Positions 21,801-33,143 of a DNA stretch of 64,000 nucleotides are shown here, one piece after another. Every line of letters begins with the position of its first letter. The stretch's first letter is position 1. The stretch is from Planktothrix sp. GU0601_MAG3 (lineage in GTDB: Bacteria > Cyanobacteriota > Cyanobacteriia > Cyanobacteriales > Microcoleaceae). Below the pieces are notes generated by a model. The model worked only from the letters and a program-made list of their open reading frames with translations, was not told where the DNA came from and ran no database searches. Location of the stretch: assembly GCA_035193785.1 (NCBI GenBank), contig CP136572.1:1440001-1504000 (forward strand), given 5' to 3'. The position numbers were made by a program, and so were the translations under genes.

Positions 21801-22201
21801 CTTCTTAGGCATTTGACTTATACCCGATTTCCCGTTATTCCCAGCTTCAACGTTTTGATAATCAATCTGGCGTTGTGGGAATTGCCGAATCTCTTTGGTT
21901 GGGCTACCGTACTTTTAACGTTCGGTAAGCCGCACCATTGACTCCGAGATTGACCTTCCTTTAAGGTCACATTTTCAAAGTTAAGACAGGCTTGACTGGG
22001 TTTATTAGTGGATTTAACTCCATTTACCAATTGTCTGAACCTGTCTCCCTGCTTACGTTTCGGGGTTTAACCCTAGACTTTGGCAGGAACGTCTCGCACA
22101 TCCAGATGAACTGTAACATCATTAATCTGGCGATAGGGAATATTGGGGAAAACTTCGATTCCTTCAAATAGGAAACGTCCCAGTTCAGCAAAATTGGACA
22201 T
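18828..22201 (-). CDS. Alpha/beta hydrolase (BD-FAE/esterase-like) interrupted by a group II intron; exon 1 is 22201-22100, exon 2 is about 19569-18828
   Basis: Exon 1 encodes MSNFAELGRFLFEGIEVFPNIPYRQINDVTVHLD. Exon 2 encodes IYKPQNLKGANKTLVAVHGGGW (after the GAAAC correction at 19551), GGSAGG, HGDQD and GAGHG. Confidence 0.85.
19570..22099 (-). mobile_element. Group IIB intron (chloroplast-like lineage), full length
   Basis: 5' GTGCG at 22099, domain V GAGCCGTGTGCGGTGAAAGTCGCAAGCACGGTTTT, domain VI ending GACCCCTAC(T); carries an RT ORF. Confidence 0.95.
19647..21384 (-). CDS. ltrA: Group II intron reverse transcriptase/maturase with HNH endonuclease; apparent frameshift at 20931-20935
   Basis: RVT_N (WKTINWAKVQRKVFKLQKRIY), RPLGIPT, corrected SYGFRPGRSAHDA, GTPQGG, YADD, domain X, CTFC..DHIIP..LHRHCHD. 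Confidence 0.95.
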
Positions 22202-22386
22202 AAATTTAGTTAGGCGTTAAAGCCATGATAAGGGGTGGCAACAATCCGATACAATAAGCCTTAACTATCATAAATGGAGATTAAATACATGACTGGCGAA
22301 ATTTTCTCAACCGCGTTCCTGTGCTTTTCCCTGATTCTGGTGGGTTTGGGCGGTGGCTTTCTGTTACTGAAAATCTAAGGCGGAGT

Positions 22387-22466
22387 GGGGGCAGGGGGAG
22401 CAGGGGAGGCAAGGGAAGCAGGGGAGGCAAGGGAAGCAGGGGAGGCAAGGGAAGCAGGGGAGGAGG
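22387..22466. repeat. Short tandem repeat (GGGGAGGCAAGGGAAGCA)n
   Basis: Directly visible; related arrays at 25617-25694, 28168-28400 and 35838-35998. Confidence 0.9.
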
Positions 22467-22818
22467 AAGAAAACTTTTATGTTCCTTGGTCTTTGGCTTG
22501 CACGTTTGTTTCCTCTGTTTCCTCTGACTCCGCAATAGTCAACAGTCTAACTGGGATAGATCAACACGCAGCCAGACATTGTGAAAAATGCCTTATTTAC
22601 TATTGCTCTGAACGATCCAATAATTCAGATAGGATGACGTTGTGGCATAGTTATCTATTGTTCCGTCCTAGTAATATTAAGGAGTGCGATCGCGCTTACT
22701 TACGACCAAAAGAGCGATCGCCCTTAAAATTAGCATAGACTAACAATATCTAATGTGTTACAATTGGATAAAACTCCACCCCAAAGAGTTTTTCCTAGTT
22801 TTATAATAGCTGAAAGAT

Positions 22819-23097
22819 ATGTTTTGGATTCTGAAAAACTCAATCAGCACAGATCCACAAGGATGCCTCAGTTTAAACCTCGAACCCAAGTCAACAGAGT
22901 ATCGCGTTCTCATCAACGAAACCGGACAGATTTTATTAGACCCAATAACCAACATACCCGATCGTGAACAGTGGTTGTGGCAAAATCCCCAAGCATTAGC
23001 CTCAGTCAAGTGTGGCCTCGCACAAGCAGCTAAAGGTGAAGTACATGACTTAGGCGACTTTTCTGGGTATGCTGATTTGGAGATTGAAGAGGAATAA
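22819..23097 (+). CDS. Putative antitoxin (AbrB/MazE-like N-terminus, EQWLWQNPQALASV motif)
   Basis: Small acidic ORF directly upstream of a RelE-like toxin. Confidence 0.6.
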   Translation: MFWILKNSISTDPQGCLSLNLEPKSTEYRVLINETGQILLDPITNIPDREQWLWQNPQALASVKCGLAQAAKGEVHDLGDFSGYADLEIEEE

Positions 23098-23384
23098 ATT
23101 TTCGGATAGAATTTTCTTCATCAGCTAGAGATAGCTTAATTAATCCTCAATAACTCGATGCCAAAAAATACAATAAAGTGCTGAAAACACTTGGATTAAT
23201 GGCAACTAATTTACGCCATCCCAGCTTGAAAACTCATAAATACGACACATTATCAGGCCCTAATCAAGAAGAAATATTTGAGGCTTACGTCGAAAACAAA
23301 ACCCCAGCAGCGTTTCGAGTTTTTTGGTATTATGGCCCGGACAAAGGAGTAATCACAGTTATTGCCATCACACCTAATCCCTAA
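23094..23384 (+). pseudogene. RelE/ParE-like toxin, probably inactivated (ATA in place of a start at 23094, in-frame TAA at 23151)
   Basis: The frame reads NFRIEFSSSARDSLINPQ*LDAKKYNKVLKTLGLMATNLRHPSLKTHKY...FRVFWYYGP...ITPNP. Confidence 0.6.
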
Positions 23385-23436
23385 AGTGCGATCGCTACCC
23401 CTGGACGACAGTATCTACAGGGCTGATCTTCAAATT

Positions 23437-23454
23437 TTTGTTAAGTTTTGTAAA
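23437..23454 (-). promoter_or_regulatory. HLR1-like (RpaB) direct repeat upstream of ycf39
   Basis: Minus strand TTTACAAA-AC-TTAACAAA, one mismatch to the HLR1 consensus. Confidence 0.35.
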
Positions 23455-23512
23455 AAAATGTGAGAATATTTGATAGCATACTTAACAAACTTTAATCTTT
23501 AGACTCATATTC

Positions 23513-24494
23513 ATGACTTTATTAATTGTTGGTGGGACTGGCACATTGGGTAGACAGGTGGTGCGACGCGCTATTGACGAGGGTTATAGCGTGCGCTGTT
23601 TAGCACGCAGTTACCGTAGAGCTTCATTTTTAAAAGAATGGGGGGCGGAATTGGTTCCTGGGGACTTGTGTGAACCTGAAACCTTAAAATCTGCCCTAGA
23701 AGGGGTAACGGCCGTAATTGACTTAGCTACAGCCCGTCCCACGGATTCATTAGGGATTAAACAAATAGACTGGAAAGGGAAAGTCTCTCTAATTCAAGCC
23801 GCCAAGGAAGCTGGAGTGGAAAGATTTATCTTCTTTTCCTTTTTGGATGCCGAGAAATATCCCCAAGTGCCCCTATTAGAAATCAAGCGCTGTACCGAAC
23901 TATTTCTAGCCGAGTCCGGTTTGAATTACACGATTTTAAGACCCTGTGGATTTTTTCAAGGTTTAATTGGTCAATATGCCATTCCAGTTTTAGATAAACA
24001 AGCGGTTTTGGTACCCGGCTTAAGTTCTGCCGTTGCCTATATGGACACCATGGATGTCGCTAAATTCGCGGTTAAAGCCCTATCCGTTTCCCGAAACCGA
24101 GAATAGAAGTTTTCCCATTGTCGGTTCCAAAGCCTGGACAGCCGAGGAAATTATTCGTTTATGCGAGCGGCTTTCTGGGAAAGAGGCAAAAATCACCCGC
24201 ACCCCCACCCAAGTCCTACGTCTATTCCGGCAAGTTACGCGCTGGTTTCAGTGGAGTTGGAACGTTTCTGACCGTCTAGCCTTTGCTGAGGTTTTAGCCA
24301 ATGGTCAATCCTTGCAGGCTTCAATGGATGAAACCTATCAAGTCTTTGGTATCGACCCCAAGGAGATCAGCAGCTTAGAAACCTATATGCAGGAATATTT
24401 TAGTCGAATTATGAAAAAATTGAAAGAATTAGAATATGAACAGGAAAAACTGAAAAAACGGAAACAGAGAAGCAATCCCTTCAAGCCCCTCTAA
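23513..24494 (+). CDS. ycf39: Ycf39/HCF244-like atypical SDR; apparent frameshift at 24086-24097
   Basis: GGTGTLGRQVVRRA, FLKEWGAELV, YPQVPLLEIK, FQWSWNVSDRLAF. Confidence 0.85.
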
Positions 24495-24699
24495 CTGCAC
24501 GCAATCGCCCAGAGACAGAGTATGCTTTAACTATAGCTAGATTTTTGTGTCTGATCAGAATTGGGATGGAAATTCCGGTTCTGGGATGGAGGTACTAAGC
24601 TGTTAGGTATTTAAACCTGATTTCCCAATCACCAATTTAGATGCTTAACAGTTTACTTACCTCTTACTCTGTTTAAACCTAATTTTAACAAAACGTCGC

Positions 24700-25617
24700 G
24701 TGCCAAAAGTAGGGATTATTTATAATGACGCCAAACCCACCGCTTGTCGTGCTGCCAACGAGATCAAAGATAAGCTGATAGGGCGGGGATTGAAGGTTTG
24801 CACTGCACCCGGAACCGGGGGCATCCTGGGCTATGCCACTGGGCCGAATCCTTTACATCGGATTCCTATGGATAAGCTGGCCCCGCCTGATTTTGATCAG
24901 GAGATGATGTTTGCTATCGTTCTGGGGGGGGATGGTACTGTTCTGTCGGCTTCTCGTCAACTGGCTCCCCATGGAATTCCTCTGTTGGCAGTGAATACGG
25001 GTCACATGGGATTTTTAACCGAAACCTACCTAAATCAATTGCCTTCGGTCTTGGAACAAGTTATCGACGGAAACCATATCGTTGAAAACCGCACCATGAT
25101 TGCGGTGGAGGTGTGTCAGTCAGAACAAGTGCTGTGGGAAGCTTTGTGTTTGAATGAAATGGTGTTACACCGGGAACCCATGACCTGTATGTGTCATTTT
25201 GAAATTAAAATCGGTCGTCATGCTCCGGTGGATATTGCTGCCGACGGGGTGATTATTTCCACTCCCACGGGTTCAACGGCCTATTCTTTGTCGGCTGGGG
25301 GGGCGGTGGTGACCCCCGGGGTGGAGGTGTTACAGTTACTCCCCATCTGTCCCCATTCTTTGGCTTCTCGGGCTTTGATTTATGGGGAAAAGGAACCTGT
25401 GATTATCTATCCCGCTAGTCCTAACCAGTTGGTGATGGTGGTGGATGGCAATGGAGGCTGTTATGTCCTTCCAGACTATCAGGTGAGGGTTCAGCGATCG
25501 CCCTATCATGCCAAATTTATTCGGCTTCAACCCCCGGAATTTTTTCAAGTTCTCCGGGAAAAATTGGGCTGGGGACTGCCTCATATTGCTAAACCGACTT
25601 CCGTGGAATTACCGTAG
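24700..25617 (+). CDS. nadK: NAD(+) kinase
   Basis: [10 protein letters not shown] and [21 protein letters not shown] motifs. Confidence 0.95.
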   Translation: MPKVGIIYNDAKPTACRAANEIKDKLIGRGLKVCTAPGTGGILGYATGPNPLHRIPMDKLAPPDFDQEMMFAIVLGGDGTVLSASRQLAPHGIPLLAVNTGHMGFLTETYLNQLPSVLEQVIDGNHIVENRTMIAVEVCQSEQVLWEALCLNEMVLHREPMTCMCHFEIKIGRHAPVDIAADGVIISTPTGSTAYSLSAGGAVVTPGVEVLQLLPICPHSLASRALIYGEKEPVIIYPASPNQLVMVVDGNGGCYVLPDYQVRVQRSPYHAKFIRLQPPEFFQVLREKLGWGLPHIAKPTSVELP

Positions 25618-25788
25618 GCAGGGGGGTAGAGGGAGTAGAGGGAGTAGCAGGGGGAGTAGGGGGAGGCAGGGGGAGGCAGGGGGAGCGGGGGGAAGTGTGT
25701 TGGGGCGCACGAATACCTAAATATTTAACTAGAAGTGTTAAAACAGTTTTAAGTTTTTTGAGCAAAACAAAATAAATAAAATAAATAA

Positions 25789-26485
25789 ATGAATAAGTTG
25801 GGGTTAGAAACAGCATCCTTCGATTTTGATTATTGAGCCCGATGAATTGTTAGCTCAACAGATTAGCCTAGATTTGGAAGAAGCGGGTTATTATCCGATT
25901 TTGGTTAATAACGGTACAGCCGGGTTACATCAAGCAAACGAATTACAACCGGCATTAATAGTAATTGACCGACTATTGGGGGGTGAGTCAGGACTTTCTG
26001 TTTGCAGTCATTTACGCGATTTGGGCATCCGTATACCTTTGTTAGTTTTAATGGCAAAAGATGCCATAGAAGATCGGATTGCCTGTTTAGAGTCGGGGGC
26101 AGATGACTATTGTTTAAAACCCTATCGGACGGAAACTTTTTTAGAACTGGTAAATCTGTATTTGCAACCTGCGACTAGCAGTAATGAACAATTACGGTTT
26201 GGGGAATTGGTCTTGGATTTAGCTACCAGAAGGGCGCTACGCAATGGTAGAACTATTGATCTAACGATGAAGGAGTATGAGTTACTCAAATATTTAATGG
26301 AACATCCACGAGAAGTATTAACCAGGGAACAAATTTTAGAGAATGTCTGGGGTTACGACTTTTTGGGGGAGTCTAATGTTATAGAAGTTTACATTCGTTA
26401 TTTACGACTCAAAATTGAAGATGAAGGGGAAAAACGCCTAATTCAAACGGTGAGAGGGGTGGGATATGTTCTCAGAGATGGGTAA
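25789..26485 (+). CDS. nblR: OmpR-family response regulator NblR; apparent frameshift at 25807-25811
   Basis: Corrected start MNKLGLEQHPSILIIEPD; LTMKEYELLKYLMEHPREVLTREQILENVWGYDF; sits between nadK and DUF192. Confidence 0.8.
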
Positions 26486-26630
26486 TGGTTAATGGGTAAT
26501 GGGTAATGGGTAATGGGTTTTAAGAATTGGGTAATGGGTAATCTGTGTTAATCTGCGTAATCCTCTTAAATCCGTGATCAAAGTTGTCTAAGATGCGATA
26601 TAATGTTTTGTCGCTGATGATACGGATTTT

Positions 26631-27234
26631 TTGAGAACGTTGAACCTTGAACTGTTAATTGGATTTAGGACGGGTTTAATCTTGGCTTCTATCCCAAAAG
26701 CCTTAGTTTCTATGGGCTTTGGGATGCTCGGTATATTATTAGTTAGCTGTTCGCCTTTGTTGTCATCGGTTTCAACAGCACAATCCGCGAGCCTAGGAAC
26801 TACGGTTTCTCAGTCTCCGATAATAACCCAAGAAAATCGGGGTCAAATGTTACCAATTACGGCCAAGGCTAAAATTGGCCGCCAGGTTATTCAGCTTGAA
26901 GTGGCTCAAACTACCCAGCAGCAAGCATTAGGCTTAATGTATAGAACCGATCTAGCAAATGATCGGGGAATGTTATTTCCCTTTGCTCAACCTCGGATGG
27001 TGGGGTTTTGGATGAAAAACTGTAAAATTCCCCTGGATATGATTTTTTTGCGGGATGATGTCGTTCAAGCCATTCAGGTTAATGCTCTCCCCTGTGAACA
27101 GGAAACCCTGTCCTACCTATGGCCCTGATCTGCCGGTAGATCGGGTGATCGAACTCCGGGGTGGACGATCTCAGGAATTGGGGGTGAAGGTGGGCGATCG
27201 CATCCCGATCAGCTTTTTGAATTCTCAGCCCTGA
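26631..27234 (+). CDS. DUF192 family lipoprotein; apparent frameshift at 27102-27106
   Basis: LLVSC lipobox, GLMYR..RGMLF..FWMKN..PLDMIF, corrected PCEQEPCPTYGP..VIELRGG. Start uncertain. Confidence 0.85.
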
Positions 27235-27892
27235 GCCTAAAGTTGAAAAAACTTTACAAAAGTTCATGTAATTTGTTAAAACTTTAATGTTAAGGTCTAC
27301 ACCATAGCAAATAAATTTGTTAATCTGTTTATTCGGTGAACTGTTCAGCGTAACGGCAATTAACCCTATATAGTCGATTTATTCTTCTTAGGTGTGAGGG
27401 GAAGCAAGCGACCCGAGAAAATTGATCCACGACAATCATAGGTTGTCAAGGCTAATTTTGAGTCAAGTTCGCGTGCTTTGAACAAGCTAGGGTTAAATAA
27501 CCATGACACTGTGACTCTAAGATTTAGAGTTCCGCTACCTCTGTTTTTTGATAAAAAAACTATTCTGTCTAGCGACGGGTTAGTTCTGATAGCTTCATTT
27601 TTTCCTTTGGCTACTGCTTCTTTTGGAACGTCAGCCTGTGACAGAAAATTGTGTGGCTACTGCTCAATTGTGCGGAGTTTAAATCGCAGCTAATGTAGAT
27701 GCGTGAGAAGACAACTGAGTCAACAGTTTAGGAACAATTCTGTTTTTCTCTAGCCCAATCAATTGCTACGGATCAAGGTTTTGAAGTTTTAAACCTCAAA
27801 CTTGGTCTGTATATTAATCTATAAAAAAAGGCAATTAGCCAATTTTATCAAAAAAATTTTTGTTAACCCTTTAATCCTTATTAAATTAGGAG

Positions 27893-28120
27893 GTGAATTT
27901 TAGAATGACACCCAATAACTACTCTCGGTTTATTCACTTTTTGCAGGATGAATTATCCCTATCGGCGGATTCAATTGCCATGGCAGAAAGAGCGAATCAT
28001 CCCACGGATGCCCAACATAAATATCAAGATCCTAGTCCCGTATCCATGACCCTGTGGCAATATGGTTTAGTGACTTTAGAACAGTTAGATAAAATTTTTG
28101 ACTGGTTAGAAACGGCTTAA
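27893..28120 (+). CDS. DUF2949 family small protein
   Basis: FLQDELSLS...MTLWQYGLVTLEQLDKIFDWLE. Confidence 0.85.
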   Translation: MNFRMTPNNYSRFIHFLQDELSLSADSIAMAERANHPTDAQHKYQDPSPVSMTLWQYGLVTLEQLDKIFDWLETA

Positions 28121-28167
28121 AAAATCGATTTTCAAGAATAATATCATCTTGAATACGGCTATAAAAA

Positions 28168-28400
28168 AGGCAGGGGGGGCAGGGGAAGCAAGGGGGGCAG
28201 GGGAAGCAGGGGAAGCAGGGGAGGCAGGGGGAGGTGAGGAGCAGGGGAAGCAGGGGAAGCAAGGGGGGGCAGGGGAAGCAAGGAATTCACTTGTAATTCT
28301 TCTCCCCCTGCTCCTCACCTCCTGACCCCCCCCTGCTCCTCACCTCCCCCTGCTCCTCACCTCCCCCTGCTCCTCACCTCCCCCTGCTCCTCATCCCCCC
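28168..28400. repeat. Inverted arrays of GGGGAAGCA / CCCCTGCTCCTCACCT short repeats between convergent genes
   Basis: Directly visible. Confidence 0.9.
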
Positions 28401-28414
28401 TATACAATATTTAA

Positions 28415-29569
28415 TTAAGATTCTGCTAACACCCGGGCCGCCGCCGCGACTCCAGCGCCGGAAGTAAATCCTTGATAACCAAGTTCCTGTAATGCCGCTT
28501 CTAAAGATGCGATCGCTGTTAAAATATCGCGATCGCTCACAAATCCTAAATGACCGATGCGGAAAATTTTACCCTTGAGGTGATCCTGTCCTCCGGCTAA
28601 AACAATATCGAATTTCTTCTTAACAATAGCCCGAATATCTTCAGCATCTAAGCCATCGGGAGGAACAACGGCCGTAATCGCTGGACTGGCACATTCATCG
28701 GCGGCAAATAACGATAATCCCAGGGCTTTAACCGCCTCACGAGTAACTTTTGTTAACCGTTGATGACGGGCAAAAACGTTTTCTAGCCCTTCTTTTTTCA
28801 TCATTTGTAAGGTGACTTGTAAAGCAAAAAACAAGTTCACTGGGGGGGTAAAGGGATTAGTATTTTTCTTTGCCGATTTGCGATACAATCCCAAATCTAA
28901 ATAATAGCGCGGGAGGTTAGCGGTTTTGTAGGCTTCCCAAGCCTTATCACTCACCGCCACAAATCCCAAACCCGGGGGAATCATATAGCCCTTTTGGGAA
29001 CCAGAAGCCACCACATCAATCCCCCATTCATCAATAGGAAGATTAAACGCTCCTAAACTGGTGACCGCATCCGCAATCATTAACGCTCCATGGGCTTTGA
29101 CATGGCGATTAATGGCTTCTAAATCGTTAATCACCCCGGTAGAAGTTTCGCTGTGGGTAATAATAACTGCCTTGATTTCTTTATTGGTATCCGCTTCTAA
29201 TTTAGCTCGGAAGGCTTCCGGGTCGAGGGGTTGTCCCCATTCGGCGGTGACGGTATCGACTTCTAAACCGTAGGCGGTGGCGACTTCTACCCAACGTTCT
29301 CCGAATTTACCATTAGAACCACATAATACCTTTTCTCCCCGACTGAGGAAATTAATAATTCCGGCTTCCATCGCCCCGGTGCCACTGACGGTTAAAATCA
29401 GGACATCATTTTGGGTTTGGTGTAACCATTTCAGGTTTTCTGTCACCTCGGCCATGATTTTGAAAAAATCGCCACTGCGGTGTCCGATGGGGTGTTTGGA
29501 CAGCGCTAATAGGGCCTGTTCAGGAACCGGAGTTGGCCCTGGAATCATCAACATTAATTTATCGTCCAT
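28415..29569 (-). CDS. Class V aminotransferase (alanine-glyoxylate/serine-pyruvate; soluble hydrogenase 42 kDa subunit-like)
   Basis: MIPGPTPVP, HSETSTGV, DAVTSLG, SGSQKGYMIPPGL, FRIGHLG. Confidence 0.9.
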   Translation of the reverse strand: MDDKLMLMIPGPTPVPEQALLALSKHPIGHRSGDFFKIMAEVTENLKWLHQTQNDVLILTVSGTGAMEAGIINFLSRGEKVLCGSNGKFGERWVEVATAYGLEVDTVTAEWGQPLDPEAFRAKLEADTNKEIKAVIITHSETSTGVINDLEAINRHVKAHGALMIADAVTSLGAFNLPIDEWGIDVVASGSQKGYMIPPGLGFVAVSDKAWEAYKTANLPRYYLDLGLYRKSAKKNTNPFTPPVNLFFALQVTLQMMKKEGLENVFARHQRLTKVTREAVKALGLSLFAADECASPAITAVVPPDGLDAEDIRAIVKKKFDIVLAGGQDHLKGKIFRIGHLGFVSDRDILTAIASLEAALQELGYQGFTSGAGVAAAARVLAES

Positions 29570-29725
29570 GGTCTGTTTCTATTAATAAGGGTTCGGTGTT
29601 TTGCGTCAGTCACGGAAGGAATATTTTTGGCACGGATTTATACGGATTAAGAGGATTCACACGGATTACCTTCTTTTCTGCGTTTCCAATCTTATACCAA
29701 GCGAAGGCGCGGTTTTCTGATCATA

Positions 29726-30617
29726 TCACTTAACGGCAATCAGTTGATTTAAGGCAACACCGGGATCGGGTTGCTTGATTAAAGATTCTCCAATTAAAAC
29801 GGCTTTAGCCCCAGCTTGGGTGACTAAACTTAAATCTTCTCGGGTATATAGTCCCGATTCACTGACAACTAAAATATCACGGGATTGTAGTTGGGATTGG
29901 CGGCTTTGTAACAATTGGCAAGTGGTTTGTAAATCGACGGAAAAATCCTGTAAATCTCGGTTATTAATCCCAATTAAGTTAACACCATCGAGGGTTAAGA
30001 CTCGATCTAATTCTTCCAGGGTATGGACTTCAATTAAAGCGGTCATTCCTAACACTTTAGCAATTTTTAGGAAATATTGTAGGTCTTGGTCGGAGAGAAT
30101 TGCCGCAATTAATAAAACCGCATCGGCTCCATAATATCTAGCTAGATAAATTTGATAGGGATAAATTACAAAGTCTTTACAAAGTAAGGGTAAATCAACT
30201 ACAGCCCGAATTTGGGAGAGGTTTTCAAAACTGCCTTGAAAGAATTTTTTATCAGTTAAAACCGATAGACAACTGGCGCCTCCCTGTTGATAGGATTTAG
30301 CGATCGCCACGGGGTCAAAATCTTCTCTAATTACTCCTTTACTGGGGGAGGCTTTTTTAACTTCAGCAATTACCGCAGGTTGGGTTTGGCTGGATTTTAA
30401 TGCCTCAAAAAAATTACGGGGGGCGGAAATAGTATTGACTTTTTGCTTTAATTGTTCTAGGGGTAAACGTTCTCTCAGGTCGGTAATTTCTTTTTCTTTA
30501 TGCCAGACAATTTCCTCTAAAATATTCTGAGGTTTCCGCACCCGGGATGGCGACTTGATAGCGTAAACATAGGACTTCAACGGCGGGGTTAGGTTGACGA
30601 CGACGAATTTGTACCAT
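29726..30617 (-). CDS. trpC: Indole-3-glycerol phosphate synthase; apparent frameshift at 30532-30536
   Basis: [24 protein letters not shown]; corrected N-terminus [27 protein letters not shown]. Confidence 0.95.
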
Positions 30618-30746
30618 AGAAGTTGAGGAGGTTTACTGTTGTTTAACTCGACTTGATTAAATTAAAGCATAAAATGTGTTATTGTTTCGTTTATTGTTTT
30701 TTTAGATCAAGATAATTAGGGATTTTGGCGTAGAATAATAATATAT

Positions 30747-32987
30747 TCAATAAACAAAAATAGGGACTCTTTTATAAGCTGGGGTTTCCGCCACTGGATC
30801 AATTTGTGCTTTAAATAAAATATTGGCTTCGGGATAAAACATAAATGCGGTACCGGATAAAATATTACCTGCAATAATTTCAATCGGGTCTAATTCCCCG
30901 GCATTTCCTCGAACTTTGACCCGTTGATGGGGTTGAAAACCTGCTTTTTTTATATCTTCAATATTCATTAAAATACAGTGGCGGTGGGGCATTCCTCGGT
31001 ATTTGTCTACCGAATTATAAACAACAGTATTATGTTGTCCGTAACCTCGACCCGTGCTTAAAATTAATACTAAACCGGGAGTATTTTCTTTCATCCCAAA
31101 AAATTCTTTATTGGGAATTGTTAACTGCGGTAACGGGGTAATTGTCATTTGAGCTTTACCGTTAGCTGTGGGAAAATGAGGTTTAGTAAAAATACGTCCA
31201 TCAATGGTAAATTCCGTTTGAGATTGGTCAATTTCAGCAATTTTATTGTAACCGGGAATAGTTTTAGCAATTAACTCTCGAATATACTGGGTATCTTGTA
31301 ACCGTTTCCAATCAATGGGATTTTCTCCGAGTAGGCGATAAGCAATTTCTGTAATTAATTCAACTTCTGAAATTAAATCGGCTTCGGGGGAGTTAAGATG
31401 GGTTGTACCTGGTTCATTTAAGCGGACAAAATTATTACCTGATTCGGTAGTTGTGCGGTGGGGATTTTCAAACCGATTAAACACTGGAAGTATTAAAGTA
31501 TTTTCTTGAGCCAAACCATGAAAATGACCTAAATTTGGTTTTGTGGCGACATAAAATATTGTTTCAATATTAGATAAAGCCTGTTTTGCTTCAGTCAAAT
31601 CAGGATTAGCTGCATATAAATTTCCCCCTAAACAAAATAAGGTATCAATTTTTTGCTCCAATGCGGCAGTAATTAAACCTCGGGCAGAATAACCTTTTGT
31701 TTCGGTAACAGTTTGTCCTAAAAGTTGCTTTAAAGCCTGTTTTATGGGTTCACTTAATCTAATGGTAACTCCCATGGAGCCAAAACCCTGCACATTAGAA
31801 TGTCCGCGAATTGGCATTGTCCCCGCCCCTAATTTACCTGCATTCCCGGTAATTAAAGCGGTATTAGCAATACTTTTAACGTTATCAACTCCGTTGGTAT
31901 GGTGAGTAATTCCCATCGCCCAAGCAAAGACAACTTTACTAGATTTTCCAATGGTATAGGCAACTTCTTCGATTTCTTCTTGGGATAAACCGCAGGTCTG
32001 GGTAATGGTTTGCCAAGTCGTATTTTCAGCTTGTTGAATTACCTCTTGCCAACCATCGGTATGATGGTTTAAATATTCAAAATCAATTAGATTTTGTTCG
32101 AGCAAAGATTTTTGAATGCCCACAAATACCGCCACATCACTGCCGGGAATTGGTTGTAAATAAAGGGTAGAAATATCCGAGCCCCCTTTGAGTAGGGATT
32201 TAATCGGAAAGGCGGGGGATGCAAATTTAACTAACCCGACTTCAATTTGAGGATTAATAATAATAATTTTACCATTTTTATCCCGAATTTTAATTAATTC
32301 ATTCATTAATCGGGGGTGATTAGCGGGGGCATTTGATCCGACTAAAACCACACAATCGGACTCTTTAAGACTTTCGAGGCTAACCATGGATGTGCCACTG
32401 CCAAAAACCTCTTTTAAACCGACGGTAGAGGGAGCATGACATAAATCGGAACAATCGGCTAAGTTATTACTCCCTAATGCTCTGAGCATTAATTGTAGGA
32501 GAAATGCGGCTTCGTTAGATGAGCGCCCTGAACTATAACTGGCGACTTTTTCCGGGCTTTTTTTAAAGGCTTTTTCGGCTATTTCATAGACTTCCGACCA
32601 ACTAATCCGTTGATAATAATTACTCCCTTTTCTTAAAATAATTGGATAGCTTAATCTGCCCAAACGATCGCATTGTTGAGAGTCTAATTGTTGTAATTCT
32701 TGAATAGTAAAGTGTTGAAAAAAATCCGCTTTAATACCCGCTTGTAATTCGGCGGCGATCGCTTCCACACTTTTCGCACAACGCTGTAAATATTCTCCGG
32801 CTTCATTAATAAAACCGCCCTTTTGTCCTCCCGTCCCCCAAGCACAGGATAAACAACTACTTTTATGATGCAACTTTTCCCAGATTTTCAACCCTTGGGG
32901 GGAGATACTTTTTTCCACCCAATATTGCAGCAGGGGCAAACCACCACCCGCAGACGGAGAATTATGGGAGTCAGTTGGTTGAGTCAT
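30747..32987 (-). CDS. FdhF/YdeP family molybdopterin oxidoreductase
   Basis: SSGRSSNEA, NNLADCSDLCH, PIRGHSNVQG. Confidence 0.9.
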   Translation of the reverse strand: MTQPTDSHNSPSAGGGLPLLQYWVEKSISPQGLKIWEKLHHKSSCLSCAWGTGGQKGGFINEAGEYLQRCAKSVEAIAAELQAGIKADFFQHFTIQELQQLDSQQCDRLGRLSYPIILRKGSNYYQRISWSEVYEIAEKAFKKSPEKVASYSSGRSSNEAAFLLQLMLRALGSNNLADCSDLCHAPSTVGLKEVFGSGTSMVSLESLKESDCVVLVGSNAPANHPRLMNELIKIRDKNGKIIIINPQIEVGLVKFASPAFPIKSLLKGGSDISTLYLQPIPGSDVAVFVGIQKSLLEQNLIDFEYLNHHTDGWQEVIQQAENTTWQTITQTCGLSQEEIEEVAYTIGKSSKVVFAWAMGITHHTNGVDNVKSIANTALITGNAGKLGAGTMPIRGHSNVQGFGSMGVTIRLSEPIKQALKQLLGQTVTETKGYSARGLITAALEQKIDTLFCLGGNLYAANPDLTEAKQALSNIETIFYVATKPNLGHFHGLAQENTLILPVFNRFENPHRTTTESGNNFVRLNEPGTTHLNSPEADLISEVELITEIAYRLLGENPIDWKRLQDTQYIRELIAKTIPGYNKIAEIDQSQTEFTIDGRIFTKPHFPTANGKAQMTITPLPQLTIPNKEFFGMKENTPGLVLILSTGRGYGQHNTVVYNSVDKYRGMPHRHCILMNIEDIKKAGFQPHQRVKVRGNAGELDPIEIIAGNILSGTAFMFYPEANILFKAQIDPVAETPAYKRVPIFVY

Positions 32988-33075
32988 ATAGCAGGGAAAA
33001 GGGAACAGGGAATAGGTTGTAACATTTTATCGTAGGGGTTGGGAGACCCAACCCTCTTTACTAGACCATAATTTA

Positions 33076-33106
33076 CCCCACGCCAACCGATTAGGCCAGC
33101 GTGGGG
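33076..33106 (-). terminator. Hairpin downstream of glnA
   Basis: CCCCACGC...GCGTGGGG stem just past the glnA stop; weak U-tract. Confidence 0.4.
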
Positions 33107-33143
33107 CTTTTCATTAATTCCGCTCCCACGGATTTAACAAAAA

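Noticed and set aside
21818..22030. 70-aa ORF inside the intron
   Set aside because: It lies in the 5' ribozyme region of the intron and has no protein features.
22281..22738. Low-complexity ORFs (PPLLPL, GGKGSR, AGEARE repeats)
   Set aside because: These are translations of a short tandem repeat that is open in several frames; the same applies to 25508-25816 and 28032-28318.
27478..27693. 71-aa ORF
   Set aside because: TTG start, no SD and no recognisable motif.
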